Assembly: GCA_051294375.1 (NCBI GenBank)
Contig: CM119268.1
Location: forward strand, 17,637,562-17,701,561
Reading direction: 5' to 3'
From: Paraspadella gotoi
Lineage: Eukaryota > Animalia > Chaetognatha
Length of the DNA: 64,000 bases
This document shows, piece by piece, positions 12,067 through 24,859 of the stretch (the stretch's first letter is position 1; each line of letters begins with the position of its first letter). Below the pieces are notes generated by a model. The model did not search any database and was not told the DNA's origin. It saw nothing but the letters and a program-made list of their open reading frames with translations. The position numbers and the translations under genes were made by a program.

Positions 12067-14714
12067 GGACCTGGTACTTTGGTTTTATTTGTGAGTAGAG
12101 AGAGGGAGAGTGTGATGAGAGAGAGAGAAGAGAGAGAATTTTCTTTCGTGATCTCCTCCGATCCTCTTTCCCGTCAACGCATCCCTTTTATTTATCTCCA
12201 TCGATCTCATTCTTTCCCGTGATTACATCACGTGTTTTGTTCTCTAAACTGCGACGTAATTTTTTACTTTGTATGCATCTGTTGTATTCATTCCCCTAAA
12301 TTTTCATTCCCATGATTGCATATTTTCGTCCCTCGGTCGCATCTGTTCGTCCTGATTTCAGTCGCGCGTCGTCGTTCGAACTTGCGATTCTCGATTCCTC
12401 ACATCAGCGTTTGAAGGTTATTGGCGGAAAGCGACATCGGCTGATTGGTTGGTCGAAGGTGGATTCGATTTTGATTGGCTAATTTGTTTCCTGTAAGACG
12501 CGATATATCAATTGTCGTTTTTTTTTGTTCGTTTTTTTTAAACTATTTTCCATTGCTTACATTTTCTGTATTTTCACTTTCTCTCCATATTTTACATCCT
12601 CACCCGTCTGACTCACATGGACGGCAACAACAACAACAACAACCTCTCTCTGGAATCGCAACCACTTAAACGAAGAGAGTGCTCGATCATGACGCAATAT
12701 CTTACGCACGCTCNNNNNNNNNNNNNNNNNNNNNNNNNNNNNNNNNNNNNNNNNNNNNNNNNNNNNNNNNNNNNNNNNNNNNNNNNNNNNNNNNNNNNNN
12801 NNNNNNNNNNNNNNNNNNNNNNNNNNNNNNNNNNNNNNNNNNNNNNNNNNNNNNNNNNNNNNNNNNNNNNNNNNNNNNNNNNNNNNNNNNNNNNNNNNNN
12901 NNGCGAATAAAAGGGAGACGGGGGGGATATTCATAGCGAAACTCTGAATATAAATAGTTCTTGAACAGTTCTTATCATCATCAACTACCATAACCAGTGG
13001 CATCCACTCCCTCCTGTCGACCGACATTATCGCATCTTTCTAACAAAGCGATCGATCGTCCATTTCAGATGCGATCCACGACATTGGCTAAATCTTTAAT
13101 CCCACTCGATGCTTCTTCATCATCCGTCCAATCTGTCCTTCCCAATCCTCTCCACCAATCCGTCTCGCGAAAATCTGCCCGACGAATCTGACCTTATCTC
13201 CGGACTTTTAATCCGCCCGATCGGAGGTCTCGGTGCCCGCTTTTTTTTTCAGGCGGACCNNNNNNNNNNNNNNNNNNNNNNNNNNNNNNNNNNNNNNNNN
13301 NNNNNTCGGTGCCCGCTTTTTTTTTTCAGGCGGACCGACGCGCCGGACGATTTCCGCCTCCGCCGATCGGCGACCTTGACTCGGATCCGACCTTGACGGG
13401 CGAAGAGACGATTCCCATCTTCTTTAAAAAAATATCCACCCTGATCGACCACCCGTTTCCACCTGCGCCATTGCGACCACCACTTCCTTCGCCCCAACCT
13501 TCCACCCGCGACGCCCATTAAACCGGATCCTTTACGGCGTCACGTCCGCGCGAGGCGACCGTCTGAGCCGAGAAATCGAGAGCAAGGCTTAAAATCGAAG
13601 CCGAGGCTCTCTTTTTTATGTCTATTATATATCTTATATATCATATATTTATTTGTTTTCACTATTTAATAGCGATCAGGTAAATTATGGACTCGGTTTT
13701 AAGATTTTCGCAAAAAAACCAACTACTTTTTGCCAATATTTGTCATTTTACCGCCAAATACTGAAGAGTTTACAATGTCATTCTTCCGTCAACCCGAGAT
13801 TTCGCTTCTATTTTGGCCTGATATCCACAATTTACTCTCAGTTCTGCCTGATTCTTATCACTTTTCCTAATAATGTCTACCGTCTCTTCGCCTGATGCCA
13901 CCTCCTCCACCAGCTTCTGCCCAGCCCCCGCCTGCTTCCCATTCAACCCTCTCGCTGTCCGCTGTCCCTGATTCGAAGCCCAGGTTCCCATCTTTTCAGT
14001 ATGCGAATGGGTCTTCACACACGAGCGAGTTTCCATTGCTCACGCGAATGCCCATGATTCGATCGGGAGGAAAAGCGNNNNNNNNNNNNNNNNNNNNNNN
14101 NNNNNNNNNNNNNNNNNNNNNNNNNNNNNNNNNNNNNNNNNNNNNNNNNNNNNNNNNNNNNNNNNNNNNNNNNNNNNNNNNNNNNNNNNNNNNNNNNNNN
14201 NNNNNNNNNNNNNNNNNNNNNNNNNNNNNNNNNNNNNNAGAGACTCATTCACAACTTAGAGAGAGTTGACATTGATCGGATTGGTAATTTGATGCAAAAA
14301 AGTTAATAAAGAAAAATGTTTAAAAGACACAACTACAGGATATAGTCTTTTAAAAAATAGACAAATTAAGCAACAAAAAAATTTCAAACATTGTCTCTCT
14401 GGTCTCCATCGAGAAAGTACGTCGACTCCTGGCGCCAAAAAAAANNNNNNNNNNNNNNNNNNNNNNNNNNNNNNNNNNNNNNNNNNNNNNNNNNNNNNNN
14501 NNNNNNNNNNNNNNNNNNNNNNNNNNNNNNNNNNNNNNNNNNNNNNNNNNNNNNNNNNNNNNNNNNNNNNNNNNNNNNNNNNNNNNNNNNNNNNNNNNNN
14601 TTTTTTTTTTTTTTTTTTTGCAGTTGGCATTCGAAGTCTCGAGTCTCAACGAAGGAATCGAAAATCACTCATTCGTCAACGAATTAACGCAAACATTCCC
14701 TGCCTCTTTGCTTA

Positions 14715-14833
14715 CTTCTCTCTCTTTCTTTCTTTTTTTCATTCTTTCTTTCTTTCTTGCTTTCTTTGCTTTCTTTACTTTTATTGCTTTCTTTGCTTTC
14801 TTTCTTTCTTTTTTCTTTTTTTTTAAATTTCAT

Positions 14834-14921
<88 letters not shown>

Positions 14922-14935
14922 TTTTTCTTTCTTTT
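14715..14935 (+). repeat. (TCTT)n / pyrimidine-rich microsatellite
   Basis: Direct reading of the sequence. A similar tract lies at ~18395-18515. Confidence 0.9.
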
Positions 14936-15484
14936 TCGACTTCTTTCCTTTCTCTTCATTCTTTACTATCTTATTATCTTTTTATTCATTCTTTACTATC
15001 TTTATTCTCTGTTTTTTTTCATTCCTTCTTTCCGTTACATCACTTCCTTTTCACTATCTTTCCTTCCTCACTCGAACTTTTTAATTTAAATTTAAATTTT
15101 ACTCTCACTTCCTTTTTTTTTCCTTTTCCCTTCCTCTTTTTTTTTCTACTTCCGCCTCTCATGTTTTTCTTCCTTCATACCTTTCCTCACTTCTCCCTCT
15201 CACTTTCTCTTTAATTGCTTCCTCCTCCGTTCACTTCGCCTTTTCATTTTCCTACCTTAACTCGCTACTTATTTCCGTTCTTCCTACCTCTCCTCATTCT
15301 TTTCCCACTTTCTCCCTCCTCTCTATTCCGGTTTATATAATTCCTCCCCTCGCTCACTTCCTCTTTCCTTAATTTGCACTCTCCCCAATGCTTCCCTTTT
15401 TCCAAACAACCTGACTCTTCCTCCCCCCCTTTCTTCCCCCCTCGCCTTTCCCCCTAACATTTTATAAAACACGGGGAAGAGAAG

Positions 15485-15647
15485 GGATCCTCAGCCGTTT
15501 CGCAGCCCGCCGCCTCAGCCTCCGCCACGTACGCAGCTGAAACTGCAGCCGCCGCGGCTGTCGCGGTCTTTGCCGCGGTTTTTTTGGGCCGCCGACGCCG
15601 CCGCCGTCGCGGCCGCTGCCGTCGCGGCCGCGGCCGCTGTAAGGATT
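15485..15647. repeat. GC-rich (CCG/CGG) quasi-palindromic island, possible MITE
   Basis: The ends GGATCCTCAGC and GCTGTAAGGATT are imperfectly inverted, and there is an internal hairpin CAGCCGCCGCGGCTG. Boundaries to the AT-rich flanks are sharp. Confidence 0.35.
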
Positions 15648-15924
15648 TTTTACCATCCCACTACTGTTACTATTTCTTTTTCTTAGGTTACGGTTTTATT
15701 GTTTCGCTGTTCGGGTTAATTTTTATTACGATATCATCTACTGACTTTCCGTTTTTCTTTCCTTTATTGAATTCAGTTCTGTTGTTAAAAATTTTAAAGT
15801 AGTTTTTAACAACCTTTTCTCGCAATTTTTTTGGGAGATAGATCTCTTAAATTGAGACGATTTATAAAATTCGTTTCTTTTTTTCCATCCATCTTATAGG
15901 CCTCGTTTTCATCTCGCTTTTTCT

Positions 15925-15963
<39 letters not shown>

Positions 15964-16017
15964 CGGCTCGCCTCTCCCCTCCCTTCCTTCTCTTCTCTCT
16001 CTGCTCTCTCGTCTCTT

Positions 16018-16066
<49 letters not shown>

Positions 16067-16949
16067 TCCTCTTTCTTCTCCTTATTTATTCTTCTCCCAT
16101 TCTCGCATATCTAAAAAAGGAAAAAAAAAAAAAAAGATTTTTAAACGAACGGACATTTTTTTTACCTTTTTAATTTGTTTCCCATTTCCTTTTTTTTTAA
16201 TCTTTCCATTTGCTGCGCGGGGTTTTTCTCCCTTTACTTTCCTAGACACAAAAATTCTCTTTCTGTCTTTTTCCCCTCTTTTCGCCTCGTCTCTTTCCCA
16301 TTCCTTATTTTCTTCTNNNNNNNNNNNNNNNNNNNNNNNNNNNNNNNNNNNNNNNNNNNNNNNNNNNNNNNNNNNNNNNNNNNNNNNNNNNNNNNNNNNN
16401 NNNNNNNNNNNNNNNNNNNNNNNNNNNNNNNNNNNNNNNNNNNNNNNNNNNNNNNNNNNNNNNNNNNNNNNNNNNNNNNNNNNNNNNNNNNNNNNNNNNN
16501 NNNNNNNNNNNNNNNNNNNNNNNNNNNNNNNNNNNNNNNNNNNNNNNNNNNNNNNNNNNNNNNNNNNNNNNNNNNNNNNNNNNNNNNNNNNNNNNNNNNN
16601 NNNNNNNNNNNNNNNNNNNNNNNNNNNNNNNNNNNNNNNNNNNNNNNNNNNNNNNNNNNNNNNNNNNNNNNNNNNNNNNNNNNNNNNNNNNNNNNNNNNN
16701 NNNNNNNNNNNNNNNNNNNNNNNNNNNNNNNNNNNNNNNNNNNNNNNNNNNNNNNNNNNNNNNNNNNNNNNNNNNNNNNNNNNNNNNNNNNNNNNNNNNN
16801 NNNNNNNNNNNNNNNNNNNNNNNNNNNNNTCTTTCTTTTTTTCCTTTTTCACTTTTTTTCCCTCGTCTTTCTTTTCAATTTTCTCTCTTTTTTCCGCTGA
16901 ATGGCGATGAGAGATGAAAAAAGAACCTTCGCTCCGGGATTGTGATGCT

Positions 16950-16950
<1 letters not shown>

Positions 16951-17013
<63 letters not shown>
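16951..17013 (+). repeat. (CGT/GTC)n trinucleotide microsatellite
   Basis: About 21 perfect units. This tract is the source of the poly-Arg and poly-Thr ORFs. Confidence 0.95.
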
Positions 17014-17770
17014 AATCGTCCTCCGTGTCATCGCCGTCACGGCCGTCATCGTCGCCGACGATATCTTTTTGCTCTGACGGTGTTTATGACGCTCGCTCGT
17101 CCGTGGGTCGCCCCCCTCCCATCAAAAAAAATCGAGGCAAAACAAAAGGCAAACTCCGTTACTTAACTACGCGAGAAAAGAGGAAAACGGAGATAAATTT
17201 CGACTTAAATCTGTGAATTAGCAGAAGAAAGAAAAAAAAAAAAAGTTTGACGAAGATTCTAATTTATTTTTTACGGTTTCCTTTAACGAAGTTGATTCGT
17301 AAAAAGAAAAAAAATGACCAAAAAAACCCCAAAATTGGCGCAAAATAAAAGAAAAAAACTACTTTGACGTTGCTAGGACTTTCTCCCGCGCTTTTTCGCC
17401 TTCAGTAACTTTTACCGTTCGTTTGATTTGACAAAGAACAGACTCGGCTCGATCTTTCCACGAGATTAAATGAATTTGATTGTCTGAAATATTCGCTATA
17501 TGAAAAAAAAAATACATTTTGTGGAGCAAGGCTTTCATATTTTTTTTTTATGTTAAAAGTTTTTTCACAAATTTTCTAAATTGTTCTTTTTTTTTATGGA
17601 GAGTGAGTTCTTATCTTTTTTAATCATCCTTTTTTTAATTTTTTTTTATTTTTCATTTCACGTTAGACATGAACGAGACCTTGAAAGTTCTTTTTTTTTT
17701 TAAATCGTCGAAGTCAAGAACTAAAGTGGCTCGCGATCGCCTTCGTTCTTATCTCCCATTATGAATTATG

Positions 17771-17773
<3 letters not shown>

Positions 17774-17837
<64 letters not shown>
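17774..17837 (+). repeat. (GA)n microsatellite, representative of dozens across the window (e.g. 11995-12062, 43523-43667, 52613-52728, 63810-63904)
   Basis: Direct reading. Many N gaps abut or replace such tracts. Confidence 0.97.
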
Positions 17838-17839
<2 letters not shown>

Positions 17840-18447
17840 GAATAGTGAAAGAGAAAGAGATAGAGAGAGAGAGAAAAACGATCATTTGCATGAATGATCC
17901 TTTTTTTATTGTCTCTGTCAATCAACGAATAGCTTAAGTTTCATCCGTCGATTTTACTCTTTTTTTTCTTTTTTTTTTCGTAGCCAAGAAAAAAAGAGTC
18001 ACTTTAAGCCTTTCATCGTTCGCGAAACAGAAAAAACTTATTCTTAAAAAAACTATAACAAAAACAAAAATAATTTTAAAGAAACAGACAAAAACAAACT
18101 AGTAACAAATGAACAACCAGAATCAAAGCAGCCATCACAACACTAAAACATTCGCAATGGCTTCAGCTGAACCAGAAACGTTTTCTCCTCGCAACTCTTG
18201 GTGAATTGTTTCGCCTTCATTCCTCACGAAAGATTTCGTCTTCGAATTTGTTTTGTTTACGTCGTCGTCGTCGTCGTCGTCGCTGTCGTCGATCGCCCTT
18301 AGCCAAGGGTCAGTTCAAATCCCAAACCCTTCATTTAGCTGGCGATAATAAAAAATAAAAACAGTTTTTTTTCATTTCTCTTTTCATTTTTTTTCTTTCT
18401 TTTCTTCTTTCTTTCTTTCTTTTCTTCTTTCTTTCTTTTTTCTTTTT

Positions 18448-18499
<52 letters not shown>

Positions 18500-18937
18500 T
18501 TCCTTCTTTCCTTCTTTCATTACTCCACCTAAATGGTAGCCAAATGGCGCCATTCCCTCTTTCCATCTCGCATCCATTTCCGGATTTTCCGAAGCGACGA
18601 CGAATTCTTGGGGCGAATGTCGTGTCGACGAACGACGCCTGCACCATAGTCCCCTTACACGAGAGAGAGAGAGAGAGAGAGAGAAGAGAGAGAGAGTAGA
18701 GAGAGGAGAGAGAGAGAGAAGAGCAGAGAAGAGAGAGAAGAGAGGGAGAAAGAACGAGAGAGAGAGAGAGAGACCCTGGGCGCCTTCTTCTCAGGCCGAG
18801 GTCGAAATCGTTTAGCCAAGAGTGTTGATTAAAAGACTTCGTTTTTTGACATGATTTGAGATACGAGCGGTCGGAACGAGCCCGACGGAAAAAATGGCGG
18901 AGAGAAAGCGAGAGGCGGGGAGAATACTTAAAGACGT

Positions 18938-18998
<61 letters not shown>

Positions 18999-19204
18999 AG
19001 AGAGAGAGAGAGAGAGAGCAGAAGGAAGAAGGAAAGCGCCAATCGGCGGATGGAGAGAGGCAGACTAAGAGACGGAGAGGTATTGGTCTAGAGTATGGAG
19101 AGAGACGTAGAGATGGAATGCTAAAGAAAAAAAGGAAAAGAAGCGAAGCCCGCGCAGGAGAGGAGAGAGAGAGAGAGGGAGAGAGAGAAGAGAGAAGAGA
19201 GAGA

Positions 19205-19255
<51 letters not shown>

Positions 19256-21363
19256 AGAGAAGAGAGGAAGCTAATTTCGAATTAATAATCAAGGGATTCG
19301 TTCGTTTCGAATTCCGTAATCCTCTTTCTCTCGCTCTAGTTTTTTGCGGTCGAACTGAATCGAGGTTTCCAAGGATTCCGTTCTCTCACGATCAAAGATC
19401 TGAGCGCAAAGATCGTCGTATTCGTTTCTTTCGTCTCCGTCATCGACTCTGCATTCGCTGTCGGTCGTCATGGAGATGTTCGTCAGTCACGGGACTCGAC
19501 ATTGCAGTGGTCATGGTGCGTCGACAGTTTCGCGATGTCAATATTTTTGATTCCCCATTTGCTTCACTGCCTCGATTATAGCAAGATAGCTTATTTATTA
19601 AATGAATGGATTAATTTTTTATATTGGTTGACCAATTTCATAAAATTCAGCTCCCTTGTATTTTGATGCTAGTGCGGAGTACAATAAGTATTCCCCGATC
19701 TAATACTTAAGGGAGTGGTCTTTTCATACAATTGAAACATTCTTTGAATATTTTCCACTTTCATTTGATAGGGGAAGCCAGGTACTCTGGGAGTGAATAA
19801 ACGGGACTGTGAGAGAGTCTTGATTGAAAGCTTGTAGGGACCTGCTATGTCATTATCTTGTAAGAGTGATGGAGGCCTTAAACCACCAAAGCCTGTCCAA
19901 AGTCAGGGCAAGATAGCTTTATTTAATTAAATGAATGCGATAATTTTATATTGGTTGTACCAATTTCATATTAAATTGTTTTCGTCAATCTTTGGCTTCA
20001 GTAAAGAGTAAAAGGAAAAGCCGAATAACGATTTTAAATTTTCTCCCTTCGCTTCGTTTTTTATTTCCTTTACAAGAAGACTTTCCATGTCTCTCAGCTA
20101 CAGTTTTTCTCAGACTGCTTTGTCCGTTCCACAACGTTTTTTCTCACTTTTCTTTACTTACTTTTTTTACTTAACCTCTGCACTCCATAACTTCCATAAT
20201 TCAAGAATTTCCATTTTCTGTTTCTTCCCTGCGCGTCAACCATTCTTAAGCTTCTCCACTTCTCTCAGCTCCACCACTCTCAGGACTTTTCAACTTATTC
20301 CCCGCCCCCTTTCTTCCCCCCTTGCCCACTCCGTCGACCTTTTTCCAGTTTACCCAAAAATTTCTTTCGGTTTTTGTTGTTTCTTTCTTCTCGTTTTTGT
20401 GGTTTTCGGCCTCGGGACGAAATTTGAATCGGAATTTCATGCGAAGTCGAGACCCGTTATTTTCTCTCTCTCTCTCTCTCTCTCATCTCTCTCCTCTCTC
20501 TCTCTTCCTCTCTCTACTCTCTCTCTCTCTTCTCTCCTCTCTCCTCTCTCTCTCTCTCTCCTGTTTATTTTCTTTCTGGCTGAAGTCGCCGCCAAAAAAA
20601 AATTTCAAAAAAAAAAAACATTTAGTCGCCGCTCCAACTTTTGCCAAACTCATTTTCATTAGCATAATTGAATGTAATTGAACATCGCCTCGCCTAATTA
20701 ATTTTCGAGCGTTTGCAAGGACGCGAAGGCCCGGTGACGTGACAAGAACCAACGGGTCGTGACTTTTAAACTCTCTCTCTCTCCATTTTTATTAAATGTC
20801 AAAAAAAAGCATTAATTAAATCTCTTCTAGTTGAACTCAGATTTCGTCCTAATATAAAAGTTCTCATCGCTCGTCGATGCAAAAAAGAAGAAGAGCAATA
20901 TTGAGAACATCCACATTCGTTGCATCGATAAGACTCTTCCTGGGTGATGATATCAATGTACGGCGGGAATCGTGAAAAAGGTTTCTATCTTAATCACCCG
21001 AGTGTGGAAAATAATTACGAGCGTATTAACCTCAAATTTACTGTCACGACTTTACGATTACGAGTTTTCCCGGTTTTTTTCGAAGGGTGTGTCCTTCGAA
21101 AATGTTTCGCCCAATTAAAACCTTTTAAAAACCGTCGTCGTTGCCGTCGTCGTCGTCGTCCTCTAAACTTACCTTCTAAACTCACCTCCCATTTCCCTCC
21201 GCGTCTGGTCTTAAGCTCTCCGCAAATCTTTGCTTTAATTTCGGCGACTCACTTCTTTTTACTCGAGGCTGCTCATTGCTCAGGCGATTCGAGTAGACAC
21301 TTTTTGGTCTCGTTTTAAATATACATTTTTAAAATTTTGTCAAATATATTGTTGTTATTTTAA

Positions 21364-21390
21364 GTAATAATAATAATAAAAATAATAAAA

Positions 21391-21421
<31 letters not shown>

Positions 21422-21462
21422 AATTATTATTATAATTATTATTAATATTAATAATAATAAAT
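21364..21462. repeat. (AAT)n/(TTA)n low-complexity tract
   Basis: Direct reading. AAT and TTA runs are adjacent and therefore self-complementary. Confidence 0.85.
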
Positions 21463-21929
21463 AGCTAATAATTGCGAAAGCAACATACTTTTTTATTTTC
21501 TTAAAGTTGAACTCTAAACTCCTTCTTAGTAGTTGTCAGTCAATGTTTATTTAGCCTCTAAAACTTCATTTAGCAAATTATCAAATATTAGTAATATATA
21601 CTATTTTCTCGGTGAAATGTGTCTCTTTCTAACGCCTAGCTCCCGAGATTTTTGAAAAATTTTTTGACGTTTTAACTCAATTGGATTTTTGAGTCGCCCT
21701 GACTAAAAAAACAAAAAAACTACGCGGATTTCGTGCCGAAACTTACTTCTTCTCCACGAAAACTTACTTCTCCTGCAAACTTACCTGATCTTCTTCCTCA
21801 TCTTTCTCCTCGTCCTCCTCATCTTTCTCCTCCTCCTCTTCCTCGACGTCCCAAACTCGATCCTGAATCGAGTGACGAAAGAACTCGTTCCTGTTGGAGC
21901 CTCACCCGAAACCCTGTGACTCTCTCGCC

Positions 21930-22024
<95 letters not shown>

Positions 22025-23699
22025 CTCTAACTCTCTCGCATCTCGTCAATCTAATTGACTCGAAATCGTCTCTCAACCCTTACCTTAATCCGCCTTTCTT
22101 TTTTAATTTTCTTACACTTCTATCCCATGAGAGACTTACTGGACATAACCACCGGAAAGGCATTATGAGTATAAAAAAATGTAAAAAAAAAAACTTTAAA
22201 TAAAAGAACACGCATTTACGAACTCGTCTTGAAAATTATGTCTTTAAAAATAAATGACTTAATTAATGTTATAAAGTAACCTCGCACTTTTTTTGTCTTG
22301 AATACAATCGGGATCTTCATTTTCTTCTTTCCTTCGTGACGTATAAAATATAAAATTCGTCTTTTTAACAAAAAAAATCGTAAAATCGTTTTATAACGAA
22401 ATTAATTAAACGCTTGGTCGCCGAAGGCATCGACTCTATTTTATGTATGACTCGATTTTAAGTATGACAAAAAAATAGCTTCGTTTTATGAGTTTATTTT
22501 TTATTTTTTTTCTATTTTTTTTGTTGAGAAATATCTTGGCTAAAATGAAGAGGACGAATCCGCGTTAAGCCTCTGCGGCGTCGAAAGGAAAATAAAAAGA
22601 AAATATCTTCGTCTCTCACAAAAAGTTTTTTTTTCTTATTTTGATTAAATGTTTTTTCCTACTCTTACCAACTGCGATATTTATTTCATGTTTTTTTAAA
22701 GAGAGAAATTTAGGTATTCAAATAAATAACTCAGGAATTTGGTAGCAGGTTTTTTTTTATTATTATGAGTTATGAGTTTTAAATATTAATTAATCGCAAT
22801 GAATGACATTTTAAAACCGTAATATAAACACGCTGATCCACCCGGCGAAAAAACGTCCTGAGCTTTGTTAGTTATTCTTTGAGCTTGTCCTCGTATTGTA
22901 TAAAATCTTTCGAAAACCCATTTTAAATTAAATTTTTGGAAAGACAATTTTTTTTTACAACGAAACGGATATTATATCTTTTTTTAAAAAATAAATATAC
23001 ACAAAAAGTTGTAAAAAGTTTTTAAAATTTTAGTAGTTAAAAACTACTTTTGTTTCAAAACATAAGCGCAGTAAAAACATACAAATTTGCCTCTCTATGC
23101 TGTGGTTTAAATATTAAACTATTTATTTTAAAAAGTATCTTTACATTTCAGACTCGAACAAAGTCCTCCACCCTCGGATCTCCTTCGCCGAACTAAAGAA
23201 TAAAACGAAGAAAAGAATTCAAATAAGAAAGAAAAATAAAAAGGACCAAGTCCGTCTCTCTCTTTCCGTCTCTCGCTCTCCCTCTCTCTTCTTACTACAA
23301 CTTCTTTTAGCAACAAGGAACAAAAAAGATTATTTATAGTCCAATAAAAAATTCTTACGCTGCCCGGCCGGACGCATACGACAGAGAAGCGGCGAGGCCG
23401 CATTGGCGAAGCATAATAAAAGCGTGTAACTGGAAGGAGAAAGAGGGAGAGGGAGGAGTGGAAAAATGGACTGGATATTTTAACAAATGCACTCAGCGTT
23501 TTTTGTTTTTTGGTCGCATCCACACAAAAGAATAAGAAGAAGAAACTCTATCCCCCGAAGAAGTGTCTTCATGTTTCTGCTTCAACAATAAAGACAAACA
23601 CTCTCGGACGGAGGAAAAAAATTATCTCTCTCTCTCCCTCTCTCCCTCTCTCTCTCTCTCTGCTATGTCGACTGCGTGGCAACTCGTTAAAACTCATCT

Positions 23700-23947
23700 C
23701 TCCGATTGGTCCGATCTTCGCCGGAACGGCCTCTCATTGGCTGCACCTCTTTTCCTAGGATTTTTTTTCTGAACTCTCTCGTAATTCCTTTAAACGAAAA
23801 ACGAAAGAAAAAAAAAAGAAAGAATAAAAGCAGCAGAAGAATCTCATTCAAGACGACGACGACGACGAAGACGACGAAAACGGCGACTCTGCAACAAACA
23901 TAAAGAGGCGGTGGTCCCGAGAATGTTTTGAAAAAAAAAAGGTAAGT
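23700..23947 (+). promoter_or_regulatory. Candidate promoter and non-coding first exon: two inverted CCAAT boxes, then a consensus donor
   Basis: ATTGG at 23705 and 23736 (31 bp apart), and AG|GTAAGT at 23940-23947. Confidence 0.35.
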
Positions 23948-24564
23948 GGGGATTCTGGGCTCGGTGGGTTCGGTGGGTTTGGTGGGTGTGGGCCGCTGCG
24001 CCGGATCGATAATTGTCTCCTCTCCTGAGGAGTCGAACTCTACCCTAGGGAATTTGGGCGAGGGATCTTTCTGGACGAAGGACTTGGTTGAGGAGCGGAA
24101 ATTTGGAAGAGGGCGGGAGAGACTAAGAAGTTGTCGGGAATATTTATAACGGGTCCGAATATTAAATAAATAAATTATGTTTTGAATCTGTCTTCGAAAG
24201 ATAAATAAATACGTATTCTATTTAGTTGTAGTATGAGCAACCAAATAAAAGGTCGAAATGATGTGCGGAATGTTATTCACTAATACAATGCAGCTGTTTT
24301 TATCTACAGCTGCCTTAAAAAAAGTAACAAAAAATGAGGAAAAAAAATTTCAAAGTTTAAAATAACTTACTCGTCGACCTTTGAATCCATATCTGTATAA
24401 AATGAAATATAAAGTGAAGCCTGTACGATCGATATATACAGTCCGTTCTTCTTCAGCTCTCGACCAAACTGTATTTGATAGAGAGATGCGTGTAGGTCCA
24501 ACTAATGAAAACAGGAGGTGGGAAGGATTATTGACAGAGTAGCTCAGTTAGAAGCGGAGGATTA

Positions 24565-24719
24565 AGACGCGAATTGGGTCTTCCGATGATTTGTTTCCCT
24601 CGTAAAATGTTTCATCAAAATGTTTCATCAAAATGTTTCGTCGAAATGTTTCCATTTGCCTGTTTTAGGGACGAAACGGTAAATTCTAATAAAAATGTTT
24701 CGACGTCCAATTCGTGTCT
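24565..24719. mobile_element. Small TIR (MITE-like) element with internal 13-bp tandem repeat
   Basis: AGACGCGAATTGG (24565-24577) and CCAATTCGTGTCT (24707-24719) form a 12/13 inverted match. AAAATGTTTCATC occurs about 4 times at ~24604-24655. No clear TSD. Confidence 0.45.
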
Positions 24720-24816
24720 CGCGAAATGATAACAATTACAAATTTTATTAGTTCGACTAATCGCTATTCGTGATAACTCTCTTTTTTTGTACTTAGTATT
24801 AGTGGTAGTAACCATT

Positions 24817-24859
24817 GACGCTGAAGAAGGCTTGCATCCAAAACCGAAACATGTACGTT
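24817..24859 (+). ncRNA. Minimal type-I hammerhead ribozyme motif (Penelope-like-element type)
   Basis: The sequence is GACG-CTGAAGA-A-GGCTT-GCATCCA-AAACC-GAAA-CATG-TA-CGTT. It has the core CUGANGA and GAAA, stem I GACG/CGTT, an imperfect stem II, a palindromic ACATGT in place of helix III and the cleavage triplet GUA (24853-24855). AATAAA follows at 24870. Confidence 0.7.

Noticed and set aside
13229-13337. TCGGTGCCCGCTTTTTTTTTCAGGCGGACC repeated on both sides of a gap
   Set aside because: Contig-end overlap across a gap at a poly-T length difference; an assembly artefact.
16942-17166. Poly-Arg (protamine-like) ORF
   Set aside because: A pure (CGT)n microsatellite without codon variation.
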